Shown: positions 1 to 8,838, counted from the stretch's first letter. The stretch is DNA of 16,308 nt from Leptospirales bacterium (GCA_040326155.1 JBEQLE010000086.1:1-16308); one strand, 5' to 3'. The notes: generated by a model not told the origin, from the sequence alone. Numbers and translations are program-made.

Positions 1-767
1 ACGCTTCGCGAGCTTCAGTTGTACTTTCTCATATACAGAAAACTTTAGAAGAAAGTGCCCTCTCCCTCAATATTCAAACTTATACAAACCATTGTCTTAT
101 TGCATTGCAAGGTCCCGAAAGTGAAAAAATATTATGCAATGTTTTTCCCCAACACAAACAAAGTATACAAGATTCAGGATATTACCGTTTTAACTCTTAT
201 GATGACGACGGTTTAATTATGATCGCTCGAACCGGTTATACCGGCGAAGATGGTTTTGAATTATTTATAGCGGCTGATGAAGCCCTAAAAGTATGGGAAG
301 AACTTGAAAAACAAAAAGTTCAAAAATGCGGTTTAGCCGCCCGAGATTTACTTCGAATGGAAGTTTTCTATCCACTATATGGAAACGAGCTTAGCGAAGA
401 GATTACTCCTTATGAAGCTTCGTTGGAGCGTTTAGTGGATGAAACAAAAGAGTTTATTGGAAAACCCAGGCTTCTGGAAATAAAAGAGAAAACACGGCAA
501 AAAACAAGAGGAATTATAATGCAGACAGCCGGCGCCATACCCAGGCAAGGTTATAAAGTATGCGATGAGAATGGAAATGAAATAGGCAAATGCACCAGTG
601 GCGGGTTCTCTTTTACATGGAACATGGGTTTTGGTATAGTGTTACTAGATGAAAAATACGCAGAACAAGACCAAAAAGTCTGGGTGGAAATTCGCTCTCA
701 ACAAAAACCCGGTATTATTCAAATCAAAAGTCCATTAAAAGGATCGATCAAAAGAAAGAATGGATGA
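1..767 (+). CDS. gcvT: Glycine cleavage system aminomethyltransferase T (5'-truncated by window edge)
   Basis: Frame is open from position 3 (ASRASVVLSHIQ...LIALQGP). GcvT motifs: ALQGP, ARTGYTGEDGFE, CGLAARDLLRME..YPLYGNE, IPRQGY, G..TSG.FS. Confidence 0.95.
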   Translation, partial: ASRASVVLSHIQKTLEESALSLNIQTYTNHCLIALQGPESEKILCNVFPQHKQSIQDSGYYRFNSYDDDGLIMIARTGYTGEDGFELFIAADEALKVWEELEKQKVQKCGLAARDLLRMEVFYPLYGNELSEEITPYEASLERLVDETKEFIGKPRLLEIKEKTRQKTRGIIMQTAGAIPRQGYKVCDENGNEIGKCTSGGFSFTWNMGFGIVLLDEKYAEQDQKVWVEIRSQQKPGIIQIKSPLKGSIKRKNG

Positions 768-1686
768 GCCTTCTAAGAAAGACAACCGGCACGATACTAT
801 TTTAGACCGGTTAAACTCTGATTTTCAAGAGTATCACGACAAATTTTCGCAACAATTTCATCTGAAAATACCGAAAAATACAATTAAAACTGTCCATTAT
901 TATCGCGATACGCTTTTTCCTTATTTAAAAGATTCTGTATATAAATCGAATATCTGTTATCTGCTTCAATCAGTAGATTACCAACTCTGGTTGTACAAAG
1001 TGTTTCGCCCTTCCCTCTCTCTGGAAAATGCTTATTTTTATCAACTTCTTGTTTCAATGGGTATCATTGTTGAAGCCATCGTAGTTGCGATTTTGTTGAA
1101 TCCATTTATGGAAGAAGATGCTAAAGATCGTTCCTTAGGTTCTGTTGGCCAGGACTATACCTATATTCATGATCATATTACTAAAAATGCCTTTTCTGGA
1201 AACATACGGTTATTAGAAAAGGTGAATATTTTGCCTGTTTTGACAATTGAAAAATTGCAGGCGATTCGTGTCGAAATTCGCAACCTGGTTCATATACAAA
1301 ACTGGGAGGGACGTTTATACCAGTCGCTTGGTTATGACAGGTTTTCGGGACACTTGAACGACTTTGTTCAATTTCTGGACGATGTGAAAGAGAACATCAA
1401 GCCAAATGAAGACGCCGAAACTGTCATTACAAAGCTCGGGTTCTCTTCGAATGTTGAAAAAGAGGGTTCGATTATAGACTACAAAGAAAAAGGCGGTTTT
1501 GGGTTTATTCGTTGCAGGCAGACTCATACAGATTACTATTTTCATATCTCTTTTATAGACAAGGCAAAAACCGATTTAAACAAACTTCGTAACGGACTGC
1601 AAGTGCGTTTCAAACTGAGAAAAGGTGCAAAAGGCTTAGAGGCGTTCGACCTCACCTTGCAAAACCGAAATGATGAAAGCCAGTAA
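760..1686 (+). CDS. Two-domain protein: N-terminal helical domain with HEPN-like motifs plus C-terminal cold-shock (OB-fold) domain
   Basis: C-terminal ~70 aa has RNP1/RNP2-like KGGFGFI and YYFHIS plus V.F..RKGAKGLEA.DL (CSD is confident). N-terminal GIIVEAIV and IRNLVH resemble HEPN E...RxxxH (inference). Overlaps gcvT by 8 nt and pgeF by 17 nt. Confidence 0.7.
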   Translation: MDEPSKKDNRHDTILDRLNSDFQEYHDKFSQQFHLKIPKNTIKTVHYYRDTLFPYLKDSVYKSNICYLLQSVDYQLWLYKVFRPSLSLENAYFYQLLVSMGIIVEAIVVAILLNPFMEEDAKDRSLGSVGQDYTYIHDHITKNAFSGNIRLLEKVNILPVLTIEKLQAIRVEIRNLVHIQNWEGRLYQSLGYDRFSGHLNDFVQFLDDVKENIKPNEDAETVITKLGFSSNVEKEGSIIDYKEKGGFGFIRCRQTHTDYYFHISFIDKAKTDLNKLRNGLQVRFKLRKGAKGLEAFDLTLQNRNDESQ

Positions 1687-2395
1687 ACTACATATCGAAA
1701 AACGTTTTAAAACAGCGGCCGGAACCTACCATCTCGATATCTGGGGAAAACCACAGGGGTCAGAATTACAACAGGACGACTCCACCTATGAAAATTTAAT
1801 TCAATATTACAAAGAAGAAAAATCGGTTTCTCTGTCGTTTTTAAAACAGGTGCATGGAAAAGCGTTTGTTGAACTTTTAGATGATAAATTACCCATCAAT
1901 CACATCAATCCTATCAATATAAAGGCCGATGGATTTTTTACATCTGAGCCAAACCACTCCATTGGTATAAAAACAGCCGATTGCATACCCATCCTTTTTT
2001 ATAACACACAAAAAGCAGTAGCCGGTGGTGTGCATTCTGGATGGAAAGGGTTAAAAGAAAAAGTTCTGTTTCATACTCTATCTGAAGCTGCCCGAAAAAA
2101 CCAGGCAAAAGTTGAAGATTTTCGTTTTATCGTGGGGCCCTTTATCGGGGGCGACTCTTACGAGGTAAAGTCCGATGTTTATACTGTTTTTTCACCAGAA
2201 TGCTTCGACAACAAAGATGACATTTCCTGGAATTTCAAGATGAAGACAGAGCTACAAAACCAACTGGCGCAACTACAGATAGACGAAAGTCATATTACCT
2301 GGTTTGATGCAAATACGTTTGAAAGTCCCGATTTTTACAGCCATCGGTGTGGTGAACCAGGGAGAAATATTAATATAATTTATCTTAAAAAGTAA
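1670..2395 (+). CDS. pgeF: YfiH/PgeF family protein (peptidoglycan editing factor / purine nucleoside phosphorylase)
   Basis: Family motifs LKQVHG, ADG, KTADCIPI, HSGWKG, VGPFI..YEV, FYSHR...GR. Confidence 0.93.
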   Translation: MMKASKLHIEKRFKTAAGTYHLDIWGKPQGSELQQDDSTYENLIQYYKEEKSVSLSFLKQVHGKAFVELLDDKLPINHINPINIKADGFFTSEPNHSIGIKTADCIPILFYNTQKAVAGGVHSGWKGLKEKVLFHTLSEAARKNQAKVEDFRFIVGPFIGGDSYEVKSDVYTVFSPECFDNKDDISWNFKMKTELQNQLAQLQIDESHITWFDANTFESPDFYSHRCGEPGRNINIIYLKK

Positions 2396-2410
2396 GAGCG
2401 TAAGTTCTTA
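2393..2410. terminator. Small hairpin between convergent pgeF and HPt genes
   Basis: TAAGAGC-GTAA-GTTCTTA: 7-bp stem (one G-U) with a GNRA loop, overlapping the pgeF stop. No clear U-tract. Confidence 0.25.
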
Positions 2411-2429
2411 GCCCCGGCAATTTGTATCT

Positions 2430-2768
2430 TTAAAAGGTTCCCCGATATTCCCGAACACTTTCGATCATTTGATACATTTGCTCAATGGATTCTTCAAAAC
2501 CACTGTAGTCGTCATCTTTACATTTCTGGTTTAATATGGTTAATATATCACCCAGATCTTTCAGGCCCAGACTCATGGATGAACCTTTCATGGTATGAAT
2601 GGCAAATTTAACATCTTCATATTTCTTACTCGCCAGGGACTCTTTAGCTGTATCAAGATATTTTTCGGCATTGACCAGAAATTTATCGAGCAGAAGGCAT
2701 ATTAAATCATCGTTACCATCGGAAAGGTCTCGAAGCTCGCTCAACTTTTCTGCAATAATTAGACTCAC
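2430..2768 (-). CDS. Stand-alone histidine phosphotransfer (HPt) domain protein
   Basis: VKFAIHTMKGSSMSLG matches the HPt HxxKGSS motif in an all-helical protein. Start placed at GTG 2768, which follows an AGGTGG RBS (the ORF track extends to 2864). Confidence 0.88.
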   Translation of the reverse strand: MSLIIAEKLSELRDLSDGNDDLICLLLDKFLVNAEKYLDTAKESLASKKYEDVKFAIHTMKGSSMSLGLKDLGDILTILNQKCKDDDYSGFEESIEQMYQMIESVREYRGTF

Positions 2769-2912
2769 AATAAACCACCTTTGAAAATAAGTTCTAAGAT
2801 ACAGAACTATCGATAAAACAAGTTGTCCACTTCTTTTCTGGCCTGAAAATAAAACAAAAAGCATGTATACCTGGTATTTTTGGAGAAAAACGACATAATA
2901 TTACTATTTTAT

Positions 2913-2941
2913 TTGACAAACCAAACCCTTTATACTACACT
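2913..2941 (+). promoter_or_regulatory. Sigma70-type promoter for the 96-aa ORF
   Basis: TTGACA (2913-2918), 17-bp spacer, TACACT (2936-2941). Confidence 0.6.
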
Positions 2942-2994
2942 GCCGTTAAGTTAATGCAAAGGTATTAACTTGTTAGCCGATTTTTGAAGGGACT

Positions 2995-3285
2995 ATGAAA
3001 CTTAAAAAAATCGAAATCGGCATAAATGATGGCGTCTTTTTTGGAAACGAGAAAAGACACAAAAACCACAATCGTGATCAACGTGACAAGAAAGAGAACA
3101 AGTCCAAAGTAATTTGGATGGACCGTGTGCATTCAAAAGCTCCCGGAAAGTCATTTGAGCAAATGTTGCTTGATGAATTTAAGGGCGTCACTGCATCTAT
3201 TTCAACTTCTAAGGAAGATGGAAATAAGAGCAGTGTAAGCAATGCGCAAAAGGCGGCTAATTTTCTTACCGAGTACTGGGCTTAA
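2995..3285 (+). CDS. Hypothetical small, highly charged protein (96 aa)
   Basis: ATG preceded by a GAAGGGA RBS and a good promoter. No motif recognised. Confidence 0.65.
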   Translation: MKLKKIEIGINDGVFFGNEKRHKNHNRDQRDKKENKSKVIWMDRVHSKAPGKSFEQMLLDEFKGVTASISTSKEDGNKSSVSNAQKAANFLTEYWA

Positions 3286-3811
3286 AGCGTAAGCCCAGTA
3301 CACCCGTCACCCATAAGCATATCAAATTTAATCCAAACAGATAAAACCAGACTGTAAAAGAAGCCTCTAAAGCCGGAGTCGTTCTTTCCGGAAAAAGTAG
3401 AGTCACTACAAATATAAAACTGATAATTGCCAGACAAGCATATTGTATTAAACGTAGAATTTTTAAGACTGCGGATGAAAACTTATGCCAAAATACCGGT
3501 AAATAAGAAGATAAAACCAGTACACCTATGGTCAATATGACGGCAAAATAGTCATTCGAGAAGATTCCATGTAGAGCATTCGACCCCAGGCTTCGCGAAT
3601 TGTAACCCATCCAGTACATTAAAGAGAAGAGACCGGCAGTTAAAGTAAGTATTAAGAAAATACGTTCTAGAGTTGACCTGGACAGAATATTATCCCATAT
3701 AAAAATAACTATTTTAAAGAAAATTTTATAAAAACCTAACATATTTACGTAGATTAGTTTAAAAACAAAGAAGACATCCATAGACATTATGTAGCCATTG
3801 AGAGGAGTCAA
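3266..3811 (-). CDS. Hypothetical integral membrane protein (about 4-5 hydrophobic segments; start uncertain)
   Basis: Long hydrophobic stretches in the translation. Fills the gap between neighbours, with a 20-nt convergent overlap. Confidence 0.7.
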   Translation of the reverse strand: MTPLNGYIMSMDVFFVFKLIYVNMLGFYKIFFKIVIFIWDNILSRSTLERIFLILTLTAGLFSLMYWMGYNSRSLGSNALHGIFSNDYFAVILTIGVLVLSSYLPVFWHKFSSAVLKILRLIQYACLAIISFIFVVTLLFPERTTPALEASFTVWFYLFGLNLICLWVTGVLGLRFKPSTR

Positions 3812-3834
3812 TATGCCAGTACAATAATTTTTTA

Positions 3835-3863
3835 TTGACTAGATACTACCCAAAATGTATTTT
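3835..3863 (+). promoter_or_regulatory. Putative sigma70 promoter placing +1 at or near the ATG at 3870
   Basis: TTGACT (3835-3840), 17-bp spacer, TATTTT (3858-3863). Confidence 0.4.
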
Positions 3864-3869
3864 AAACCC

Positions 3870-4610
3870 ATGAAACAAATATTTTATGTAATGATATTAC
3901 TAACCGCATGGTCATCTGCAATTTCATCGAGTCCTCGCGAAGGGCATTTAGCAAAAATTAAAGAAGACATGCTTGTTGGTACAAAAGAAGAAAAAATTAA
4001 GGCAATCCAATATTGTGGATTTTCTCGTGAAAAATCGTGTTATTATATTTTGGTCAAAGCGCTGAAAGATAAGGACCCGGATATTCGAGCAGAAACAGCC
4101 GGGGCGCTCGGTATGTTACGCATTTTAGAAAGCATTGCCGTACTTGAAGGCGCGTTAAAATCAGAGAAAGAGTTAAATGTGAAACTTGCCATAATTCAAG
4201 GAATCGGTTACAGTGGGTTTCATGTAGGGGCTTCCATTATTTTACCCTATCTGCAAGATAGTGAAGTAAAACTCCGACTGGTTACAGGCAGAGCATTGGC
4301 TAAGATAAAAGCTCCCGATTCATTAAGCACAATTAATAATGCCATTGAAACGGAAAAAGACGATCTTGTTCGTGTTACTTGTATTTATGCCAGTCTGGGA
4401 ATCAATGTAAACCATCCAGAAAATATTGTAAGGCTCTCCGAATATTTTTTTGACGACTCTGTTTCGGTCCGCTACCAGGCAGCAAGAGCCGCTCAAGATT
4501 TGAAAATTAAAGAGTTGTTAGCAAGGTTAGCCACGGCAATTGAAATTGAAGAGTTACCTTGGCTTAAAAATGAGTTTAGATTAGCATATAAACTTACATC
4601 TAACGATTAA
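3870..4610 (+). CDS. HEAT/PBS-lyase-like repeat protein with N-terminal signal peptide
   Basis: Repeated LxDxDxxIR/VRxxAAxALG units (LKDKDPDIRAETAGALG, LQDSEVKLRLVTGRALAKI, FFDDSVSVRYQAARA). MKQIFYVMILLTAWSSAIS is signal-like. Alternative start at 3855. Confidence 0.85.
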   Translation: MKQIFYVMILLTAWSSAISSSPREGHLAKIKEDMLVGTKEEKIKAIQYCGFSREKSCYYILVKALKDKDPDIRAETAGALGMLRILESIAVLEGALKSEKELNVKLAIIQGIGYSGFHVGASIILPYLQDSEVKLRLVTGRALAKIKAPDSLSTINNAIETEKDDLVRVTCIYASLGINVNHPENIVRLSEYFFDDSVSVRYQAARAAQDLKIKELLARLATAIEIEELPWLKNEFRLAYKLTSND

Positions 4611-5685
4611 CCTGGTTATAGCTTTGGATTCGTCCACCGCCTAAAATATAACGCTCGTCAGGGTCGTAAAAAACAGCCGATTGGCCAGGGGTAACTGCAA
4701 AAACCTGTTCATTCAGTTTTATACGAACCTGATCGGGGTTTTCACCGCGAAACAAAGTCGCTTTTACAGGTGGGCTATTATACCTTATCTGGGTTAACAT
4801 CTCGAGACCAGTTTGCGGTATGCTTTCAGGCACCAGTCCCATGTACTTTACGTCTGTAGCTATAAACTCACTATGCTCCAACTCTTCTTTTGTACCAACA
4901 ATGATATCGGCGTTTTCTTTAATTTCTAAAACATACAAAGGATGACCGACGGCAATAGGAAGCCCCCTCCTCTGCCCGATTGTATAGTTTTCTTTGCCTT
5001 CATGAGTCGCGAGCACTTCGCCATCTTTGTTGAGTACATTTCCTTTTGTAAAGGTAAGGCCTTCGTTTTTTAAGAATTCACGGTAATCCCCGTTTACAAA
5101 ACAAATTTCCTGAGACTCGTCCCGAGTTGCTGCAGGTAAATCGTTCTCTTGGGCAATCTCCCTGACTTGGGACTTCTTATATCCACTTAAAGGAAAAATC
5201 GTTTTAGAAAGAACATTTTGGGATAAACCATATAGATAATAAGCCTGGTCTTTGACTTCATCATCCACAGGAAAAATCGCTTTTCTTCCATTTGGCAATG
5301 TTTGTACATCGGTATAATGACCGGTTGCCAGATAGTCATAGCCAAGTTCCATAGCTTTATCAAACAGAGCCCCGAATTTTATTTTAATATTGCAATAAAT
5401 GCAAGGGTTGGGGGTAATTCCACTTTGATACTCTTCGAGAAAGGGTTCAATTACATTTTTCTGAAAAGGATCTTCCAACTCAACCAGATGAAACGGAATC
5501 TTCAAAAGTTCCGTTGTGTTTTTTACAAATTCAACATTGAGTTCAGATTTTTTTTGATCGAATTCAGACTGAAACCGAAGACGCATATGAGCGCCCCCGA
5601 CTTCATATCCTTTTTGCTGTAACAAAAAAGCCGTAACCGAAGAGTCTACCCCTCCGGACATAGCAACTAATACTTTTTCAGGCAT
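4600..5685 (-). CDS. mnmA: tRNA 2-thiouridine(34) synthase MnmA
   Basis: VLVAMSGGVDSS, TPNPCIYCN..IKFG, ATGHY, KDQAYYL, ESQEICF, YTIGQRRGL, AVTPGQSAVFY. Start placed at ATG 5685 (MPEKVLV). Confidence 0.97.
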   Translation of the reverse strand: MPEKVLVAMSGGVDSSVTAFLLQQKGYEVGGAHMRLRFQSEFDQKKSELNVEFVKNTTELLKIPFHLVELEDPFQKNVIEPFLEEYQSGITPNPCIYCNIKIKFGALFDKAMELGYDYLATGHYTDVQTLPNGRKAIFPVDDEVKDQAYYLYGLSQNVLSKTIFPLSGYKKSQVREIAQENDLPAATRDESQEICFVNGDYREFLKNEGLTFTKGNVLNKDGEVLATHEGKENYTIGQRRGLPIAVGHPLYVLEIKENADIIVGTKEELEHSEFIATDVKYMGLVPESIPQTGLEMLTQIRYNSPPVKATLFRGENPDQVRIKLNEQVFAVTPGQSAVFYDPDERYILGGGRIQSYNQVNR

Positions 5686-5701
5686 AATTTTATCTAACAA
5701 T

Positions 5702-6859
5702 TTAATATCGGGGCATGCTGGTGTCAATCTCTTCAGACCACTTATCGAGACCGCCTTTCATGCTTTTTACTGTTTTATAACCCCACCCATGTAATAATCG
5801 AACTGCGTCGCGAGATCTCGCCCCGACTTTACAGATAACGATCACATCTTCATCCATAGGAATTTCACCTAAATGCGAAGCAAGTTTGGCCAGTGGTATT
5901 ACATTGGAATTTTCAAGCAGACAAATTTCCGCTTCTTCAGGAGTTCTTACATCGAGAAGATATGGTTTTTTTCCACTGTCTAATATTTCTTTCACAGCAT
6001 CGACCGAAATTTCAAGTTCAACATCACCATCTTCGACATTAACTCCATGTAATGAAACACCACAAAATTGCTCATAATCAATCAATTCTGTAATGGTTGG
6101 GTTAGGCGAACAAACGCTACATTCAGGATCTTTTTTAATTTTTAGTTCTTTGAACTTCATATCAAGCGCGTCAAAATTAATAAGGCGGCCTACCAGGGGT
6201 TTTCCCTCACCTGTAATAATCTTTATAGCTTCAGTAGCTTGCATAATACCAATTATACCAGGTAATATACCTAAAACACCACCTTCTGAACAAGAAGGAA
6301 CCATTCCAGCTGGTGGAGGATCGGGGTACAGGCAACGGTAGCATGGCCCGTCTTTGTGGGCAAATACGGTAGCTTGACCGTCAAAGCGAAAAACAGAACC
6401 AAAGATATTTATTTTGCCCGTCTGTACACAGACATCGTTTACCAGATAACGCGTTGGGAAATTATCCGTTCCATCAATAATAATATCGTAATCTTCGGAA
6501 ATTTCCAGAGCATTTGCCGCAGTAAAAGGAACTTCATATGTTGTAATTTTAATATGCGGGTTCATTTTTTGCATTCGTTCTTTCGAAATGCCCGCTTTAG
6601 ACTTTCCTATATCTTCCGTAGTATACATAACCTGCCGTTGCAGGTTCGAATAATCTACTACATCAAAATCGACAATTCCAATATGTCCAATACCGGCTGC
6701 GGCTAAATATAGTCCCAATGGAGAACCGAGTCCTCCTGCGCCGATCAACAATACGGAGCTGCCTTTTAATTTTTGCTGACCTTTCATGCCAACTTCGGGC
6801 ATAATTAAATGTCGTGAATATCGTTTTATCTCTTCATTTGTTAGTTTTGTATCGATCAC
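5702..6859 (-). CDS. moeB: MoeB/ThiF E1-like adenylyltransferase fused to C-terminal rhodanese (MoeZ/MoeBR type)
   Basis: RYSRH, IGAGGLGSP, DFDVVDYSNLQRQ, DGTDNF.TRY, CYRC and CSVC zinc motifs, SCSEGGVLG. Rhodanese motifs LDVR, ICKVGARS, MKGGL..W. Confidence 0.93.
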   Translation of the reverse strand: MIDTKLTNEEIKRYSRHLIMPEVGMKGQQKLKGSSVLLIGAGGLGSPLGLYLAAAGIGHIGIVDFDVVDYSNLQRQVMYTTEDIGKSKAGISKERMQKMNPHIKITTYEVPFTAANALEISEDYDIIIDGTDNFPTRYLVNDVCVQTGKINIFGSVFRFDGQATVFAHKDGPCYRCLYPDPPPAGMVPSCSEGGVLGILPGIIGIMQATEAIKIITGEGKPLVGRLINFDALDMKFKELKIKKDPECSVCSPNPTITELIDYEQFCGVSLHGVNVEDGDVELEISVDAVKEILDSGKKPYLLDVRTPEEAEICLLENSNVIPLAKLASHLGEIPMDEDVIVICKVGARSRDAVRLLHGWGYKTVKSMKGGLDKWSEEIDTSMPRY

Positions 6860-6923
6860 ATTTATCCTCTTTTTTAATATTTACTTATTATACTAATATT
6901 TACGATATTAATCCAAAAACTGT

Positions 6924-7466
6924 TTAATTTAAAAACGGATCTTTCACATTTTTTGCAAAATAACTATAAATACCGCCATTATGCAAAAGTGCTTCTCGCC
7001 AGACCACTACAGGATTCTCATGAAATATAATATTTTTAGTGCCTTCGGCCACCACCCAGGTTTTTGCTTCCAACTCTTCTTCTAGTTGAGTTGCAGACCA
7101 CCCGGCATACCCATGATAAACATGAAAAGGTTTCTCCGTTTCAATAAGGTCTTCTAACAGTGCTAAAGACGTTCCCAGATATATATTTTCAATAACTTGT
7201 TCGCCCTCTACATCGGCACTATCGGAATAAAAAAGTACAAAAAGTACTTCCGGACGAACCGGTCCACCTTCGTATATGGGAATATTCTTAGCCTTCGTGC
7301 TCATCTTTGGTAACACGTCATACAGACTTGAATCAAGAGGCCTATTTACAACGAGACCAAAAGCGCCCTCTTCGTTATGTTCAATTAGAAAAACAACGGA
7401 TTGGACAAAGTTATCTTCTTTTAAAGTAGAACTCGATATTAAGAATTTTCCTTTTAAGGATTGCAT
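6924..7466 (-). CDS. YqgE/AlgH family protein (DUF179)
   Basis: F.QSVVFLIEHNEEGAFGLVVNRP, IYEGGPV, GYAGWS..QLEEEL...W. Confidence 0.93.
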   Translation of the reverse strand: MQSLKGKFLISSSTLKEDNFVQSVVFLIEHNEEGAFGLVVNRPLDSSLYDVLPKMSTKAKNIPIYEGGPVRPEVLFVLFYSDSADVEGEQVIENIYLGTSLALLEDLIETEKPFHVYHGYAGWSATQLEEELEAKTWVVAEGTKNIIFHENPVVVWREALLHNGGIYSYFAKNVKDPFLN

Positions 7467-7469
7467 GCC

Positions 7470-8429
7470 TTACTGGAGAAACCCCATTCTTACCAGATCC
7501 ACTTTAAGTGCATCTACACCATCAGAACTTTTGTTTAAAGATTTTCTCTCTTCCGGGGTAAGTTCAATTTCGATAATTTTCTCAACTCCGTTTCCACCCA
7601 AAACAACAGGTACGCTGATAAAAATATTTTTATAGCCATACTCCCCGTTTAAAAATGAAGCAGCTGAAAAAATACGTTTTTGATCAAGCAAAATAGCTTC
7701 GGCCATTGAAATAGCTCCCGCCGCCGGAGCGTAAAAAGCCGAACCCGTTTTTAGTAAACCGACAATTTCGCCACCGCCGTTACGTGTTCTGTCGACCATC
7801 GCGTCAATTATGTCCGGGGTCATTCCGGGGTATTCAGGAAGTGGAATTCCGCCGATAAAAGAGTATCTTGCCAGGGGAACCATGTTATCGCCGTGTCCGC
7901 CAATTACAAAAGTTCGAATATCAGCCACACTTATACCGGTTTCCATCGATATAAAAGTACGAAAACGAGAAGCGTCCAAAATACCAGACATTCCAATGAC
8001 ATGACGTTTATCAAAACCGCTTATTTCAGAAAAAAGATAAACCATCGCATCTAAAGGGTTAGAGATCATAATAACAATGGCGTCGGGAGCATATTTTTTA
8101 ACGTTTTCGGCAACGCTTTTAATAATAATGGCATTTTTCTCCAGAAGGTCGTCCCGGCTCATACCAGGCTTTCGCGGCATTCCCGCTGTAATAATGACAA
8201 CATCAGCGCCTTCAATATCGCCATAATCGTTGGTACCCATGATGTTTGAGTTTAACCCTTCGACAGGAGTCGATTGAGCGATATCCAGAGCCTTACCCTG
8301 CGGCAAGCCCTCGACAATATCAAAAAGTACAACATCCCCGAGTCGTTTTTGTATGGCCATTAAGGCAAGATTGCCCCCGATATGACCTCCACCTATAAGT
8401 GCAATTTTATTTCTACTGAATCTAGCCAT
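7470..8429 (-). CDS. mdh: Malate dehydrogenase (LDH-like tetrameric type)
   Basis: IGGGHIG, EGLPQGKALD, TAGMPRKPGMSRDDLL (MDH substrate loop), SNPLDAM, GGHGD.MVP, GGEIV.LLKTGSAFYAPA. AGGAG RBS upstream. Confidence 0.97.
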   Translation of the reverse strand: MARFSRNKIALIGGGHIGGNLALMAIQKRLGDVVLFDIVEGLPQGKALDIAQSTPVEGLNSNIMGTNDYGDIEGADVVIITAGMPRKPGMSRDDLLEKNAIIIKSVAENVKKYAPDAIVIMISNPLDAMVYLFSEISGFDKRHVIGMSGILDASRFRTFISMETGISVADIRTFVIGGHGDNMVPLARYSFIGGIPLPEYPGMTPDIIDAMVDRTRNGGGEIVGLLKTGSAFYAPAAGAISMAEAILLDQKRIFSAASFLNGEYGYKNIFISVPVVLGGNGVEKIIEIELTPEERKSLNKSSDGVDALKVDLVRMGFLQ

Positions 8430-8584
8430 TGTTCTCTCCTTGATCTGCTTTCATAATTTAATAACGATATGAAACAAATCAAAACAGATGGTATAACCTG
8501 TCAACAATTTACGAAAAAGAGATTCCTTCTTTATAATGATTGTTGCTTCTGTAAATTCCGCATTCTCTAAGGAAATGTAACAGA

Positions 8585-8793
8585 GAAGAGATTTTTATAA
8601 GGAAAGCAGGAAGGAACGGCAGGAAAAGATGAAAGGACAGGATTAACCGGTTCACATGATTTGAGTGAAGATTATGTGCAAATTCAATATCCCATCTCTC
8701 TTAACCTGTAAATCCTGTTAATCCTGTCAAAAATTATTCTTGTTTTCTTTCTCCTCCATTCCTGTAATTCCTGCTTTCCTTGCACTACTCTTC
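8585..8793. repeat. Nested-palindrome repeat, complete copy A (REP/MITE-like)
   Basis: Outer perfect 14-bp IR AAGGAAAGCAGGAA (8599-8612) / TTCCTGCTTTCCTT (8768-8781). Inner perfect 12-bp IR GACAGGATTAAC (8636-8647) / GTTAATCCTGTC (8717-8728). GAAGAG/CTCTTC at the ends. Aligns end to end with 12004-12199. Confidence 0.9.
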
Positions 8794-8808
8794 GTTTTCA
8801 GTTATGAG

Positions 8809-8838
8809 ATAAGAAAGTAAGAACGGCAGGAAAAGATG
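8809..8838. repeat. Left-arm fragment of the repeat (copy B, left piece)
   Basis: GAACGGCAGGAAAAGATG (8821-8838) is identical to 8614-8631, and is preceded by ATAAGAAAGTAA resembling ATAAGGAAAGCAG. Confidence 0.8.

Noticed and set aside
5302..8004. Short plus-strand ORFs opposite mnmA, moeB, yqgE and mdh (similarly those opposite ispG, typA, HPt, the CSD fusion, the HEPN gene and the 14835 gene)
   Set aside because: They are antisense shadows of better-supported genes.
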